A stretch of 64,000 nucleotides of DNA from Pseudomonadota bacterium (GCA_023229365.1 JALNZK010000002.1:254343-318342), one strand, 5' to 3'. Counted from the first letter of the stretch, positions 37,889 to 47,728 are shown. Made by a program: numbers and translations. Notes: generated by a model not told the origin, from the sequence alone.

Positions 37889-38091
37889 TCATCGTTAACA
37901 CAATTTGTCATCCCGAACAATATCCCTGGGCCATTGCCCTCTTCATCTTGGGATGGATAAATTCGACTACCATCATCTAAAACCAAGACTTTGGGCGGAT
38001 CACCGCACCTTTCCCATCCTTCTTGTTGCAATTCTTTTTTGTTCATTTTGCGAACTGCAACGATGGTTCTGCCAACAAGTTTATGTGCCAT
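37873..38091 (-). CDS. Small hypothetical protein
   Basis: 72-aa ORF. Confidence 0.3.
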   Translation of the reverse strand: MAHKLVGRTIVAVRKMNKKELQQEGWERCGDPPKVLVLDDGSRIYPSQDEEGNGPGILFGMTNCVNDDCFFV

Positions 38092-38094
38092 AAT

Positions 38095-39267
38095 CTAAGC
38101 ATCCAAAGGTGTTCCATAATGTGTCCATCGGGCCACTCGCAAAGCGTCTTTGTCACCAACAGCTTTTCCGCCGTCTTCGCTCAGTTTCACTACGGGAATG
38201 CCGTTTAGAGCCCACATTTTGATAACCATATTCAATGGTTTTAAATCGCCATCAAAATCATTGGTGAAATGAGTGCCAATGCCAAAGCTGCATCGGATGC
38301 CCAATTCATCACAATAATGCTTGATTTCTACTGCTTTATCAGCATTTAAATTATCTGAAAAAATCAGCGTCTTGGTGGCTGGATCGATTTTCAGACCTTG
38401 GTAATGTGCAACCAATTGATCGGTAAACTTGAATGGACAACCACTATCATGCCGTGCTCCATCCCACAGGCGTGCATGAAATGGTCCGAAATCTTCCAAA
38501 AAAGACTTCAGCCCATAGGTGTCGGTAAGCACAATCCCAAGCTGAGCATTGTATACTTTCACCCAAGCATCCATCGCTGCCAGATTAGCATGACGCAAGC
38601 TGCCCAAAACACTGTGGGCTTGAACCCACTCATGAGCCTGAGTGCCTATTGGCTTTGTTTTGTATTTCATCGCAAAATAGGGATTACTGGTGCCGACAAA
38701 AAAGCCTTTGGTGTTTTTGCAAAATTCTTCAACCACCAAACCCTGGGCATCAGCACTTCGTCTTCGACGGGTGCCAAAATCAGCAAAATGACACCGCTCA
38801 GATTCCAAAATAGCCAATTTATTTTGGGCTCTTTCTCGTTGTCCATTGTAATCCCAATTTTTATTATGGAAATACAATTCACTTATCAGTGCCATCAAAG
38901 GCACTTCCCACATCACAGTACGGTGCCAAGAACCTTTAATATGAATGTGGAGTTGTCCTGATTCTTGCCAAATTTCTACTTCTTGGGGGTTGTAGCGATA
39001 ATTTCGCAAATATTCAATGTAGGCTGGCTTGACAAAAGGACAGGACTGTTGCAACCAAGTGGCTTCCTGACCAGACAAAGACAGTGCGGGCATATATTGA
39101 ATGGATCGTCGTAATGTTTCAGCAAATGCTTCATCAAAAGTATCGCTGGGACGACGATTGAAAAATCTATATTCAGCCCGTGCAGAAGGATACAATTCCA
39201 GTATCGCCTGCTGCATTGTCAGTTTATAGAGATCGGTGTCTAAGATAGATGGCAAATTCATTATCAT
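38095..39267 (-). CDS. pncB: Nicotinate/nicotinamide phosphoribosyltransferase (PncB-like)
   Basis: N-terminal ILDTDLYKLTM (PncB LDTDxYKxTM). GTSN and FGIGTHF motifs. About 390 aa. Confidence 0.7.
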   Translation of the reverse strand: MIMNLPSILDTDLYKLTMQQAILELYPSARAEYRFFNRRPSDTFDEAFAETLRRSIQYMPALSLSGQEATWLQQSCPFVKPAYIEYLRNYRYNPQEVEIWQESGQLHIHIKGSWHRTVMWEVPLMALISELYFHNKNWDYNGQRERAQNKLAILESERCHFADFGTRRRRSADAQGLVVEEFCKNTKGFFVGTSNPYFAMKYKTKPIGTQAHEWVQAHSVLGSLRHANLAAMDAWVKVYNAQLGIVLTDTYGLKSFLEDFGPFHARLWDGARHDSGCPFKFTDQLVAHYQGLKIDPATKTLIFSDNLNADKAVEIKHYCDELGIRCSFGIGTHFTNDFDGDLKPLNMVIKMWALNGIPVVKLSEDGGKAVGDKDALRVARWTHYGTPLDA

Positions 39268-39306
39268 TCCTTTTTTGTGTCATGGACACCATGACTATTT
39301 TTTGGC

Positions 39307-39738
39307 TCACACATGACAGAATTGGTATCCGTGACTATATCCATATTGTATGCTTGAATGAAAATCCGAAGCTGCTTGCTTTTTCGGAGATTGGCGAGTT
39401 TTGGGCTTTTTAGGCACAGGTGCTGGTGCCGATCCCTTATATCCTTGGGCATAACCCCTTTGTGTATCTTCGTGAAAACTGTTGGTAAATGATTGTGTGC
39501 GTCGAGAACGATTGCCATATCCGTAACTATAGCCATTTTGTACGGCTGAGTGATAAAAATATGGCAAATTTGCTCTGTAGTAATTGTACAGGAAGGGGTT
39601 GTAATAATAGTAATAATATGGGCGATAATAGCCCCAGTTGTAGCCGTATTGTACGGCTGAATGATATCTGCTCGGTGTATTGACATGATTGGGGGTTCCT
39701 CCCATCAATGTCAAGCTAAGCAAAATTGTTGCGTACAT
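39307..39738 (-). CDS. Secreted Tyr-rich repeat protein (signal peptide plus HSAVQYGY repeats)
   Basis: MYATILLSLTLMGG signal-like N-terminus. HSAVQYGYN / HSAVQNGYS / HSSIQYGYSHGY repeats. YYYYYNPFLYNYY. Confidence 0.5.
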   Translation of the reverse strand: MYATILLSLTLMGGTPNHVNTPSRYHSAVQYGYNWGYYRPYYYYYYNPFLYNYYRANLPYFYHSAVQNGYSYGYGNRSRRTQSFTNSFHEDTQRGYAQGYKGSAPAPVPKKPKTRQSPKKQAASDFHSSIQYGYSHGYQFCHV

Positions 39739-39935
39739 GGTTTTCTCCAAAAAAATAGGGGTGGTCCTGATTTTTTCCTGTGGGTTGCTATCCCATATTA
39801 TTGTTACCACCCTTTACCGTCATCGTATTGGTGGGATTAGCCTTAGCAAAGGGCCTTGCAAGTCAATCAGGCTATCATCATCGATTTTATGCGTGCATCT
39901 CCGATAGGTTCGTCAACACCACCCCAATCCAAGGG

Positions 39936-40676
39936 TTAAAACGCCACACTCTGGCTAGGCCCGCCAGTACCAAGAGCCTGACTTGTGCTGGATACGGACT
40001 TGGAAATCCAATTAGCCAGTTTTGCAAAAGTTTTTTCGTTGAAGTCTTTCATTTCCTTCATTTCTTCGCTGAATCCTGCTTCCTTGTGGAATTCTTGCAG
40101 CATCTTGAGAGCCGTGGGGTCTGCGACATTGACCGCCACCAAAGCTGACATCATTGATTCCAAATACTCGGATTTGACCGCATTACCGAAAGCAGTTTTG
40201 CAGGATAGAGGAGTTGTCTTGGATCGATTGTCCATCCCATCCGTGACAACAACCACAAACGCATTGGTGTTATAATCCTGCTCGCCCAAATATTGGGCAT
40301 AATTGGTAGTGGCCTCAATGGCATCCACCACAGCATCATATAACGCCGTCATACCACCAGGATGAAGCACGCCATCATAATCACCCTCATTGATTTGTGA
40401 CAGCATTTTGAAGCCGTGAACTTCTTCGGCAAAATCCTCAAAAGCCACCAAGCGAATCATCAAATTATCGCAACGGTCGCTTTTGTGGCAGCCCTTGAAA
40501 ACTTCTTTCAATACCTGTTCCATTGCTACTTGAAAATCTGCGGTGCTGCCACTACGGTCAGCTACCACAGTGACCAGGGTGTATTCACTGGCACCCAGAT
40601 CATTTAGACCTACGGCAGAAAAGCCGAAGTGTCCCGCCTTATGCGAAACAGGAACTAATTGTTTACTCTCTCCCAT
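39936..40676 (-). CDS. von Willebrand factor A (VWA) domain protein
   Basis: MIDAS motif VADRSGSTAD (DxSGS) and VVVTDGMDN. Confidence 0.6.
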   Translation of the reverse strand: MGESKQLVPVSHKAGHFGFSAVGLNDLGASEYTLVTVVADRSGSTADFQVAMEQVLKEVFKGCHKSDRCDNLMIRLVAFEDFAEEVHGFKMLSQINEGDYDGVLHPGGMTALYDAVVDAIEATTNYAQYLGEQDYNTNAFVVVVTDGMDNRSKTTPLSCKTAFGNAVKSEYLESMMSALVAVNVADPTALKMLQEFHKEAGFSEEMKEMKDFNEKTFAKLANWISKSVSSTSQALGTGGPSQSVAF

Positions 40677-40812
40677 TGAATTCTCCTTTGTAAAAAATCC
40701 GGTTCAATAGTAACATCCTACCCACCGGCAGTCCAAATTTGTTACCAGTGTTCATCGCCAATCCAAGGGGACGCATGAGAGGTCAACCCAAGGATTAGTG
40801 ATAGTTGTTTCT

Positions 40813-41685
40813 TTATGCCAAGTAATCCACGGTAGTTGTCGTTTTCATTCCCCGTTTTGTCATTTCGGAAATGAAATCGGCCTGATATTGCTCAAAGCCA
40901 GGAACAGGCGAAGTGCCATCAGTGAGCAAAACGCATTTGGCGATAAACGAATCATCGCCAAAAGAATTTGCCATGTCTCGGAAAGTGTTGGGCAAACAAT
41001 GTGTGCTTGCTTCACCGCATGCCAAGATTTCGTCTGCCTCCATGACACCTTGGATGAATTGGGAATTCATTTGGGTGAAAGGATCATCGGGATCGGGAAC
41101 TTCAGCACGAACGGCAGAAAAATGTTCCACGAACGGATTGGAGCCCTTGGTAACAAAATCAATGGTTCTAAATCCGTCACGACACCAATCCAAAAGATTT
41201 TCCATCAGAGGGGCGACAATATTGTGCCCAGGGGTGCCGATGAGACAGTGAGGAGGCCAAATGCAATGGGGATAACGCTTGCCGGTTTCCAGAGCTTCCA
41301 AATACTTGTAAGTCCTGTCGAAATAACCCGGCTTGGTCGTAGTATAATGACCCACAACACTAGGACCGCTGGTGCCAAACATGGTGCCGATAATCATTCC
41401 ATTTTCGGGACGCATGATGGTAAAGGGAGACGGGGGATTCCCATATTGATCTTTGAACCAATTGGGGTGGGCTACGTGATTCCATTGGTGGGAATCCATT
41501 GTGCCAGAGATTTGGTCGATTTTCCGACCGAGGCGGTGAACCATTTTTCCCACACGAACCATATCATCCCAAGCACCAGGAACACACAACTCACCATCAT
41601 GGATCAACTGCTGTTGGGCGGCATCAACGACCTTACAGAAGGAATTCTGCGGATCGATGATGACCAAATGAATGCGACGAGGCAT
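40813..41685 (-). CDS. pncA: Isochorismatase-family cysteine hydrolase, probably nicotinamidase (PncA-like)
   Basis: LVIIDPQNSF (PncA LVDLQNDF). Candidate catalytic Cys in ILACGEASTHC (compare VCGIATDYCV). Confidence 0.5.
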   Translation of the reverse strand: MPRRIHLVIIDPQNSFCKVVDAAQQQLIHDGELCVPGAWDDMVRVGKMVHRLGRKIDQISGTMDSHQWNHVAHPNWFKDQYGNPPSPFTIMRPENGMIIGTMFGTSGPSVVGHYTTTKPGYFDRTYKYLEALETGKRYPHCIWPPHCLIGTPGHNIVAPLMENLLDWCRDGFRTIDFVTKGSNPFVEHFSAVRAEVPDPDDPFTQMNSQFIQGVMEADEILACGEASTHCLPNTFRDMANSFGDDSFIAKCVLLTDGTSPVPGFEQYQADFISEMTKRGMKTTTTVDYLA

Positions 41686-41757
41686 CTTACGTCTCCTAAA
41701 GGATTGAGAATACTGGATTGTCCAACAGTATTATACTTCAGAAAGGACAGTTGTAAA

Positions 41758-42312
41758 CTACACATCCTGTATCAACATTTGCAAATCCGCCCAGGCATCC
41801 TTTTTTCGGTCAGGCTGCCTGAGAAGATAGGCAGGATGGAAGGTACACAAGACCTTTATACCATTGTAGTTATACCACTTGCCCCTCATTTGGCTTATTG
41901 GAGTGTCTTCCCCCAAAAGATTTTGAGCAGCACAGGCTCCCAAACAAAGAATGTATTGGGGAGCAATGACTTTTAATTGCAAATCAAGGAAATTTTTGCA
42001 ATTTTTAGATTCCTCTGGCGTGGGGGTACGATTTGCGGGTGGGCGACATTTCAAAATATTTAAAACAAAAACACTTTCTCGGATTATGCCACAAGCACTC
42101 AACATATTGTTGAGTAATTTGCCAGCTTTGCCAACAAAGGGAATTCCTTGCTGGTCTTCATCTTTGCCGGGTGCCTCACCCAAGCAAACGATTTTAGCAT
42201 CAGGATCACCGCACCCAGGCACGGTGTTGGTTCTGCACAGAAGGTCTGGACACTTCTGGCACTTCTTGATCTTTTCAGCAATCATGTCTAATTTTTGTGA
42301 TTTTGTAAGCAT
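41758..42312 (-). CDS. Uracil-DNA glycosylase, family 4
   Basis: CQKCPDL...IVCLGEAPGKDEDQQGIPFVGKAGKLL...ILKCRPPANRTP...ILCLGACA. Start taken at the internal Met to avoid a divergent overlap. The ORF track extends to 42399. Confidence 0.7.
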   Translation of the reverse strand: MLTKSQKLDMIAEKIKKCQKCPDLLCRTNTVPGCGDPDAKIVCLGEAPGKDEDQQGIPFVGKAGKLLNNMLSACGIIRESVFVLNILKCRPPANRTPTPEESKNCKNFLDLQLKVIAPQYILCLGACAAQNLLGEDTPISQMRGKWYNYNGIKVLCTFHPAYLLRQPDRKKDAWADLQMLIQDV

Positions 42313-42347
42313 GAGCTTTATAATATCATAAGTTCTATATATTAACA

Positions 42348-43070
42348 ATGGATAATTTGATAGAATACCAAGATTTTTTAAAGGGATATAAAGTACCAAA
42401 TGCAGGAGGGGCTGGACTATGGATTGGTGGGAATTTTAAGAGAAATCAAAATTCAATCACTATTGCAATCCTACGACCAGGAGATGTCTGCATAGATGTT
42501 GGAGCAAACATTGGATTTTATACACTTATGATGTCAAAAGCAGTGGGTCGGAGCGGTCTAGTATATGCTTTTGAACCCGTTCCTGAAACTTTTAATTACC
42601 TTCAGCAAGTTGTGCAAACTACTCACTCAACAAACATAGAAACTTTTCAAATGGCAATGAGCAATAAAGTGGGTGTTGGCAAATTAATATATAACGGAAT
42701 TGGTGATTTGTGTGCGTGTGTGGCTGGCGAAGGATATTATGCTCCAAATTTAAATCGTGCTCCACAAGGACAAGTTAACCTAACAACATTGGATGTGTTT
42801 GTGAAAAAAAGAAAATTTTCACGATTAGATTTTATCAAAACAGATTGTCAAGGAGCGGACTTGCAAGTTTTAGAGGCGGGAAAGAAAACAATTAATGAAT
42901 TTAGACCTAAGATAATTTGCGAAGCAATAAACCTTGATAGAATTCAATCAACACACAATTTCTTTGAAAGCATTAATTATTATTCTGTTTGCGTAGAATC
43001 AGGCGATACTGCGGGCGTGATAACAGAACATATCATGGGTGTTCCTAATTCAAATAAAGTTTTTTTATAA
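42348..43070 (+). CDS. FkbM-family SAM-dependent methyltransferase
   Basis: CIDVGANIGFYTL...VYAFEPVPETF is typical of the FkbM domain. Confidence 0.55.
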   Translation: MDNLIEYQDFLKGYKVPNAGGAGLWIGGNFKRNQNSITIAILRPGDVCIDVGANIGFYTLMMSKAVGRSGLVYAFEPVPETFNYLQQVVQTTHSTNIETFQMAMSNKVGVGKLIYNGIGDLCACVAGEGYYAPNLNRAPQGQVNLTTLDVFVKKRKFSRLDFIKTDCQGADLQVLEAGKKTINEFRPKIICEAINLDRIQSTHNFFESINYYSVCVESGDTAGVITEHIMGVPNSNKVFL

Positions 43071-43111
43071 AAAAAAACACCCCACCCAGAAGTCTGAGTG
43101 GGGTGTTTTTT
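43071..43111. terminator. Bidirectional rho-independent terminator
   Basis: A-run, stem caccccaccca/tgagtggggtg, then T-run, between convergent genes. Confidence 0.7.
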
Positions 43112-43123
43112 GATTTCTTGTTT

Positions 43124-43444
43124 TCAAGGCGTGAAGGCACGGATAAAATTCCGTACAGGCTGTCCTTCCACATAAACTTTGGGACTCACCCATACCCGAG
43201 GACCATATACAACAGGTGGAGCGTATACTGGTGTCCTGTAAACATAGGGATAATACCTGTAAACAGGTGGAGCATACACTGGCACTCTGTAGTAATAGGT
43301 CGGCAAATCATAATACACAGGTGCGGGTGCTGGGGCATAATACATAGGCGGTGCAGTGTAATATACCGGGGCGGCTGGCACATAATACTGCCCAAATGCC
43401 GCTGTGCAACACAAACACAAAATCAACGCTAGTAAATACTTCAT
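43124..43444 (-). CDS. Secreted Tyr/Pro-rich repeat protein (signal peptide plus YY/PVY repeats)
   Basis: MKYLLALILCLCCTAAFGQ signal-like. YYVPAAPVYYTAPPMYYAPAPAPVYY...VYAPPVYRYYPYVYRTPVYAPPVVY. Confidence 0.5.
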   Translation of the reverse strand: MKYLLALILCLCCTAAFGQYYVPAAPVYYTAPPMYYAPAPAPVYYDLPTYYYRVPVYAPPVYRYYPYVYRTPVYAPPVVYGPRVWVSPKVYVEGQPVRNFIRAFTP

Positions 43445-43682
43445 ACAAATTCTCCTTAAAAAAGTTTCCGAATACCTATCTATCATCTTATTGCAAAAAA
43501 ACATGGGCGTCAAGTCTTTTTGATATCTTCAATAGTTTTTTTGCAAATCTTGTCCCAAATGCCAGATAGAAGCTGGCGATTGGGTTGTTGTCCTTGAATG
43601 TAAAGCTTAACATTCAACACAATCATAAGCTGTAACAAGTCGGCCAATTCGAAGAATTCTTCATCGCTCAATTCAAGTGTTT

Positions 43683-44783
43683 TCATTGTTCGGTAGTAGC
43701 TCGATAGTCTGATTGGTATTGTTTAGTTAGTAAATCATCCTGTCCAGAGAGACAAATAGAGATGACTTCACGAGGATCGGTAATGTGCAACTCATCAGCA
43801 AAATCCAAGGCGGGAGTAATCCACGCTGTTTTGCCCCCCGGAATGTGAGACACTTCCCTTGTAAGAATTTTTTGCAATATCTCTCGTGTGGGACGTGGAC
43901 ACATAATCTTGTGCGTAAACCTGGATGCTAAAGCACCGCTCATAACGGATTTAAACAATTGCAAATCATTGCAGGTGGCGATGCACAAAACCTTCACATT
44001 TTTAGCACGATTGCCAACTCTAAAATTGACTTGGCGAATTTCGGCTCTTTGGTCAAGCAGTCCCAACATCCAACGTTGATCGTTTTGGTGGGTTTTCTCG
44101 ATTTCCTCCACCAACAAAACCGGGGGAATATTGGGTGAACTTAAAAAGATATTGATTGCCCCCGCCTGCGTAGTAGAGGTTGCATCAAACTGAATATAAT
44201 GCTTTCTTTCTTCTCCCAACATTTTGCCAAGAGCAGCAATAATTTCGCTTTTGCCGCATCCTGGTTCGCCAAATAACACACAATGCAATCGTTTTTGCAT
44301 GTTGGTTTGCTGAGCCAGTCGCAATGCTGCCATGATTCGACGGATTTGCCGCTCTCGATCAAAAATGTGGCTAAAGTGCTTTCCCATATCCAAATTAATG
44401 GGAGCGTAATCCTTCACATCATCTTTGACATGAATATGAACTGCTGGCGGGGCTTCTTTTGGAGCGTGTGGCGACGTAATAGACCACCTGCGACCAGAAG
44501 TATGACAAGCTTTCGCCAATTTATTATAGACGATAGTCCATTGGGATGCTTCGCTTCTTCTTTGTCCTCGCACTCGTTGGAATGCCACCTTGCGAACAAT
44601 GGTATAGGTGCCCAGTTCTTTAACACAAGTAGAATCATGGATTTGGGTGGACCAATCCCTTTTGCGGGTTTTGGTGCCTAATCCCAATCCTATAAGCTCA
44701 TCAACCTCTGCCTTGATCCTTTGGGGATTAGGCTTTTTGCGAGTTTCCTTGGTCAGGGTAACTAGGTAGATTGGACCTTTCAT
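43683..44783 (-). CDS. AAA+ ATPase (unassigned family)
   Basis: Walker A FGEPGCGKSEI. Walker B VLLVEEIEK. Confidence 0.5.
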   Translation of the reverse strand: MKGPIYLVTLTKETRKKPNPQRIKAEVDELIGLGLGTKTRKRDWSTQIHDSTCVKELGTYTIVRKVAFQRVRGQRRSEASQWTIVYNKLAKACHTSGRRWSITSPHAPKEAPPAVHIHVKDDVKDYAPINLDMGKHFSHIFDRERQIRRIMAALRLAQQTNMQKRLHCVLFGEPGCGKSEIIAALGKMLGEERKHYIQFDATSTTQAGAINIFLSSPNIPPVLLVEEIEKTHQNDQRWMLGLLDQRAEIRQVNFRVGNRAKNVKVLCIATCNDLQLFKSVMSGALASRFTHKIMCPRPTREILQKILTREVSHIPGGKTAWITPALDFADELHITDPREVISICLSGQDDLLTKQYQSDYRATTEQ

Positions 44784-44827
44784 AGCACCTCCGTCAGCAT
44801 TATACTTCAGAAAGTGCTGTTGTAAAC

Positions 44828-45280
44828 TCAGTCCATCAAAATTTCTACACCTTGTAAGGGGTCTTCAGTAATAAGAACAGTGCTTTTGGGGGAGTCAATA
44901 ACTGGCTCCCCTTCATTTAGGGGTTGCATATCTCCCGCAACTATTTGTTCAACTACTCCCTCAACAGTTACACGATCTGGTTGATCTACCAATAACTTTT
45001 GTGGCATAATTTGCTCCTGTGGTGAAACTAAAACTTTAACCATTTTGGCATCTCTGTTTTTGACCAATCCTACGAAATAATCATCGCCTTTCCATTGCCC
45101 TCCGGGGGGAATTGGACCCTTTGATCCATCTGCACTCTTTTTGGGCAGCCAGAGATCACCTTTGGTAATATTCTCAAATATATATAGTCCTTTACCCTCA
45201 AGAGTACGGGCTATATGTTGTCTTCTTTCCTCTTGTCTTTCAATTGCCGTCGTTTTCCTTTTTTTCGGTCTATAATTCAT
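44828..45280 (-). CDS. Hypothetical protein (150 aa)
   Basis: ORF. Confidence 0.35.
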   Translation of the reverse strand: MNYRPKKRKTTAIERQEERRQHIARTLEGKGLYIFENITKGDLWLPKKSADGSKGPIPPGGQWKGDDYFVGLVKNRDAKMVKVLVSPQEQIMPQKLLVDQPDRVTVEGVVEQIVAGDMQPLNEGEPVIDSPKSTVLITEDPLQGVEILMD

Positions 45281-45382
45281 AACAACCTTTCGTTGACTTT
45301 TTATAGCGAATCCACTATAGTATTATACGGCAGAACTGAATTACCTGCCTAAATATAACAGAGAAACAATATTTAAAAAATA

Positions 45383-45931
45383 ATGGAGATAATTATGTCT
45401 GGAGAAAATCGAGCCTCCTTCGAGAAGGCTCACAATATGTTTTGGCAGGGATTTCAAATTGATTCACATCCACAAGGACCATGCAAGGGTCCGGTTGGCC
45501 CCCTGGGTGCCCTTGGCGTTGCAGGCATTCCCGCCATGCAGAGTTGTGGGTGTGGCAAAGGTGGGGCTGGCTGCTCAAGCTCATCAACAAGCACAACTTC
45601 ATCGAGTAAAGCTGTCGATCCGCCCAAGTGGACTGATGTTTATCCACAAGGCTCAAAAGCTGGGAATGAAGAACAAAAACTATTTATTGCCTTGGCTCGT
45701 AACCCTAAATGGAAATTTAGAAGTGTTACACACTTGTCTAAAGAGGCCAATTTAACAAAAGAGAGAGTAGAGCAAATTCTGCAAAAATATTACAAAAAAG
45801 GAATGGTATTTCCCAATCCTAAGCAAGAAGATCAATGGGCTTATTGGGAGCGATGCCCAGAATTATTGCCGGGAAACATAAAGTCCATAGCAGAAGCAGA
45901 TCAGGATAAACGTTGTGAGGATGCTGCTTAG
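45383..45931 (+). CDS. Hypothetical protein with Gly/Ser-rich linker
   Basis: ORF followed by a terminator. Confidence 0.4.
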   Translation: MEIIMSGENRASFEKAHNMFWQGFQIDSHPQGPCKGPVGPLGALGVAGIPAMQSCGCGKGGAGCSSSSTSTTSSSKAVDPPKWTDVYPQGSKAGNEEQKLFIALARNPKWKFRSVTHLSKEANLTKERVEQILQKYYKKGMVFPNPKQEDQWAYWERCPELLPGNIKSIAEADQDKRCEDAA

Positions 45932-45945
45932 TTCAGCAAAACAAA

Positions 45946-45986
45946 CAAGCACAGAAGCTGGGGTTTCTGTGCTTGTTGTTTTTTTT
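45946..45986. terminator. Rho-independent terminator (bidirectional)
   Basis: Stem caagcacagaa/ttctgtgcttg followed by ttgttttttttg and preceded by aaaacaaa. Confidence 0.7.
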
Positions 45987-45996
45987 GTGCGACTAG

Positions 45997-46209
45997 CTAG
46001 TTGGCAGCTTTTGGACCAGCATATTTAGCTGGCTTATTTTGCATATCCAAATCAGTCGTTGCCTTAGCTGGATTGAACCACTTATGAGGATACTGAGATC
46101 GCACATAAGCGTCGGGATAATTTTGTGTTACACCAGTTCTAACTCTATTTTCATCAATTGCAGGCAAGTCACGCTTGGACTCTTCGCACCATTTAATAAA
46201 TGTTTTCAT
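45997..46209 (-). CDS. Small hypothetical protein
   Basis: 70-aa ORF. Confidence 0.3.
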   Translation of the reverse strand: MKTFIKWCEESKRDLPAIDENRVRTGVTQNYPDAYVRSQYPHKWFNPAKATTDLDMQNKPAKYAGPKAAN

Positions 46210-46309
46210 GTTTTTCCCTCTTGATTCAGCGGTACAATATATAAGCTTCTACAAATAAAAAATTTGGGTTTTTTTAAGCCAAAGCCTATAATGTATATAG
46301 GAAGTAATA

Positions 46310-46981
46310 ATGACAATTCTAGCAAAAGAAGTAGAAATTATCCCCATCCAAGAAAATTTAGCAGGGGAATTGGGCAAAGAAATTTATTATGAGTGTGCTT
46401 TTTGCGGCAAACGTATGGCTGTTCCTACTTTTTCTGGCAATCTCTGCGATAAACTATCTGGTGAAAATTATTATTGTGGATTTTGCTTACGACATGGCTT
46501 TAACACACGAAATAATAAAAATGTGTTGTTGCTGACGTTTCGTAATGTTTTTAATCATTATTACCAAGAACGCTATGTAAATCCAATCGTTGTAACAAAG
46601 AAGATGTACCTTGCAGAAATTAAAGAATATGTAACCGCACATATTCAAACTGGATTGCTAAACCCTGTTTTTTATTATGACCCAAGCAGTTTTTTATGGT
46701 TTGTTGATTTTTCAAGAGTCGGCAGAGGAAACAAGAAACTCAAAGTAAATGATGTGCTCAAAACTGTCGTCAATATCTTGGCTTGTTTTAATTTAAAGAA
46801 TAATATCACAAGCTTTTCGATCTGTACTTTTTATGAGAAATACGAAACCGCCATTAGAAAATTTTATGCCACTCGTTATCGACCTGCGGATAAAAGAATT
46901 CTATCTCCAAGCGTTATTACGACTAACCAGCACGATTATGGACCCTTTTCACCCGAATTATTTACGCCCAATATCTACTAA
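46310..46981 (+). CDS. Hypothetical Cys-cluster protein
   Basis: CAFCGKRM...CDKLSGENYYCGFC. Confidence 0.35.
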   Translation: MTILAKEVEIIPIQENLAGELGKEIYYECAFCGKRMAVPTFSGNLCDKLSGENYYCGFCLRHGFNTRNNKNVLLLTFRNVFNHYYQERYVNPIVVTKKMYLAEIKEYVTAHIQTGLLNPVFYYDPSSFLWFVDFSRVGRGNKKLKVNDVLKTVVNILACFNLKNNITSFSICTFYEKYETAIRKFYATRYRPADKRILSPSVITTNQHDYGPFSPELFTPNIY

Positions 46982-47728
46982 TGCTTGCATTATTTTTAGC
47001 TGTCTAAGTGGTGTTTCTGCATAGGAGAATTCTGGGAATTGTTCCCCCAATAATTCTTTAAAAGGGATGCTCAATTTTTCCACAACCCAATTGGGCAAAT
47101 ATTCCTCATTCGAATCACTTAAGTCCATATGACAAGATAAGCCAGGGATAGGGCAAATTAATGCTCTGTCTAAGGAACAAAATGCTTTGTGATCGTGAGG
47201 GACAGCACCTTGGGTAAATTTTATCCAAGTATCTCGGTCTTCTTTAAGCGTCTTTGCTCGGGCAGCAAAAGTCATAGTTGTGCTAATGGTATGCTTCCAA
47301 TATGTTTGCCCAATGCGTATAACTTTAGCAATTTCCCCAAAATCATATCGCTTTTCGAATTTATCAGGATGATTGTACAGAGTAACATAATCCGCCTTTT
47401 GCAACCCTTGTTGCAGCATTGCTTCTGAGTTTTCATTGTGCAAATAGTCATCTTCCATTAAATAAATTAAATCATCATCATCTAAAGAATTACAAGCGAG
47501 ATTTAGGGCCAAGCGAAATGCTCCACAATTGCCAAGATTAGTCACAAATGTAAAATCTTTTTTTTCGCAAAGCTGAATTGTTTCTTCATCACAATTGTCT
47601 GCTATAAATAGCCAATCAGCATTTGGAAACATAGACCAAGCATTTTGTAAACAAAATGCTTTTGTGGCTCCAGGCACCTTGGGCTTGCCTCGACTATTGG
47701 TATTAGAAATGCGGTAGATGATTAACAT
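46958..47728 (-). CDS. Putative GT-A fold glycosyltransferase
   Basis: LFIADNCDEET...LIYLMEDDYL (DxD-like). Adjacent to a TPR-GT9 gene. Confidence 0.35.
   Translation of the reverse strand: MLIIYRISNTNSRGKPKVPGATKAFCLQNAWSMFPNADWLFIADNCDEETIQLCEKKDFTFVTNLGNCGAFRLALNLACNSLDDDDLIYLMEDDYLHNENSEAMLQQGLQKADYVTLYNHPDKFEKRYDFGEIAKVIRIGQTYWKHTISTTMTFAARAKTLKEDRDTWIKFTQGAVPHDHKAFCSLDRALICPIPGLSCHMDLSDSNEEYLPNWVVEKLSIPFKELLGEQFPEFSYAETPLRQLKIMQALVDIGRK

Noticed and set aside
37059-37901. 280-aa version of the macro-domain ORF
   Set aside because: The first 92 codons overlap a separate 88-aa ORF in another frame whose stop forms an ATGA overlap with an internal Met (MSIDYRTG...). Macro-domain homology begins only after that Met. 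I split it into two genes.
40798-41976. 392-aa plus-strand ORF
   Set aside because: Antisense to the PncA-like and UDG genes, which have clear motifs. No motifs of its own.
44828-45280. GroES/gp31-like co-chaperonin assignment for the 150-aa protein
   Set aside because: Only a vague resemblance at the C-terminus, and it is longer than GroES.
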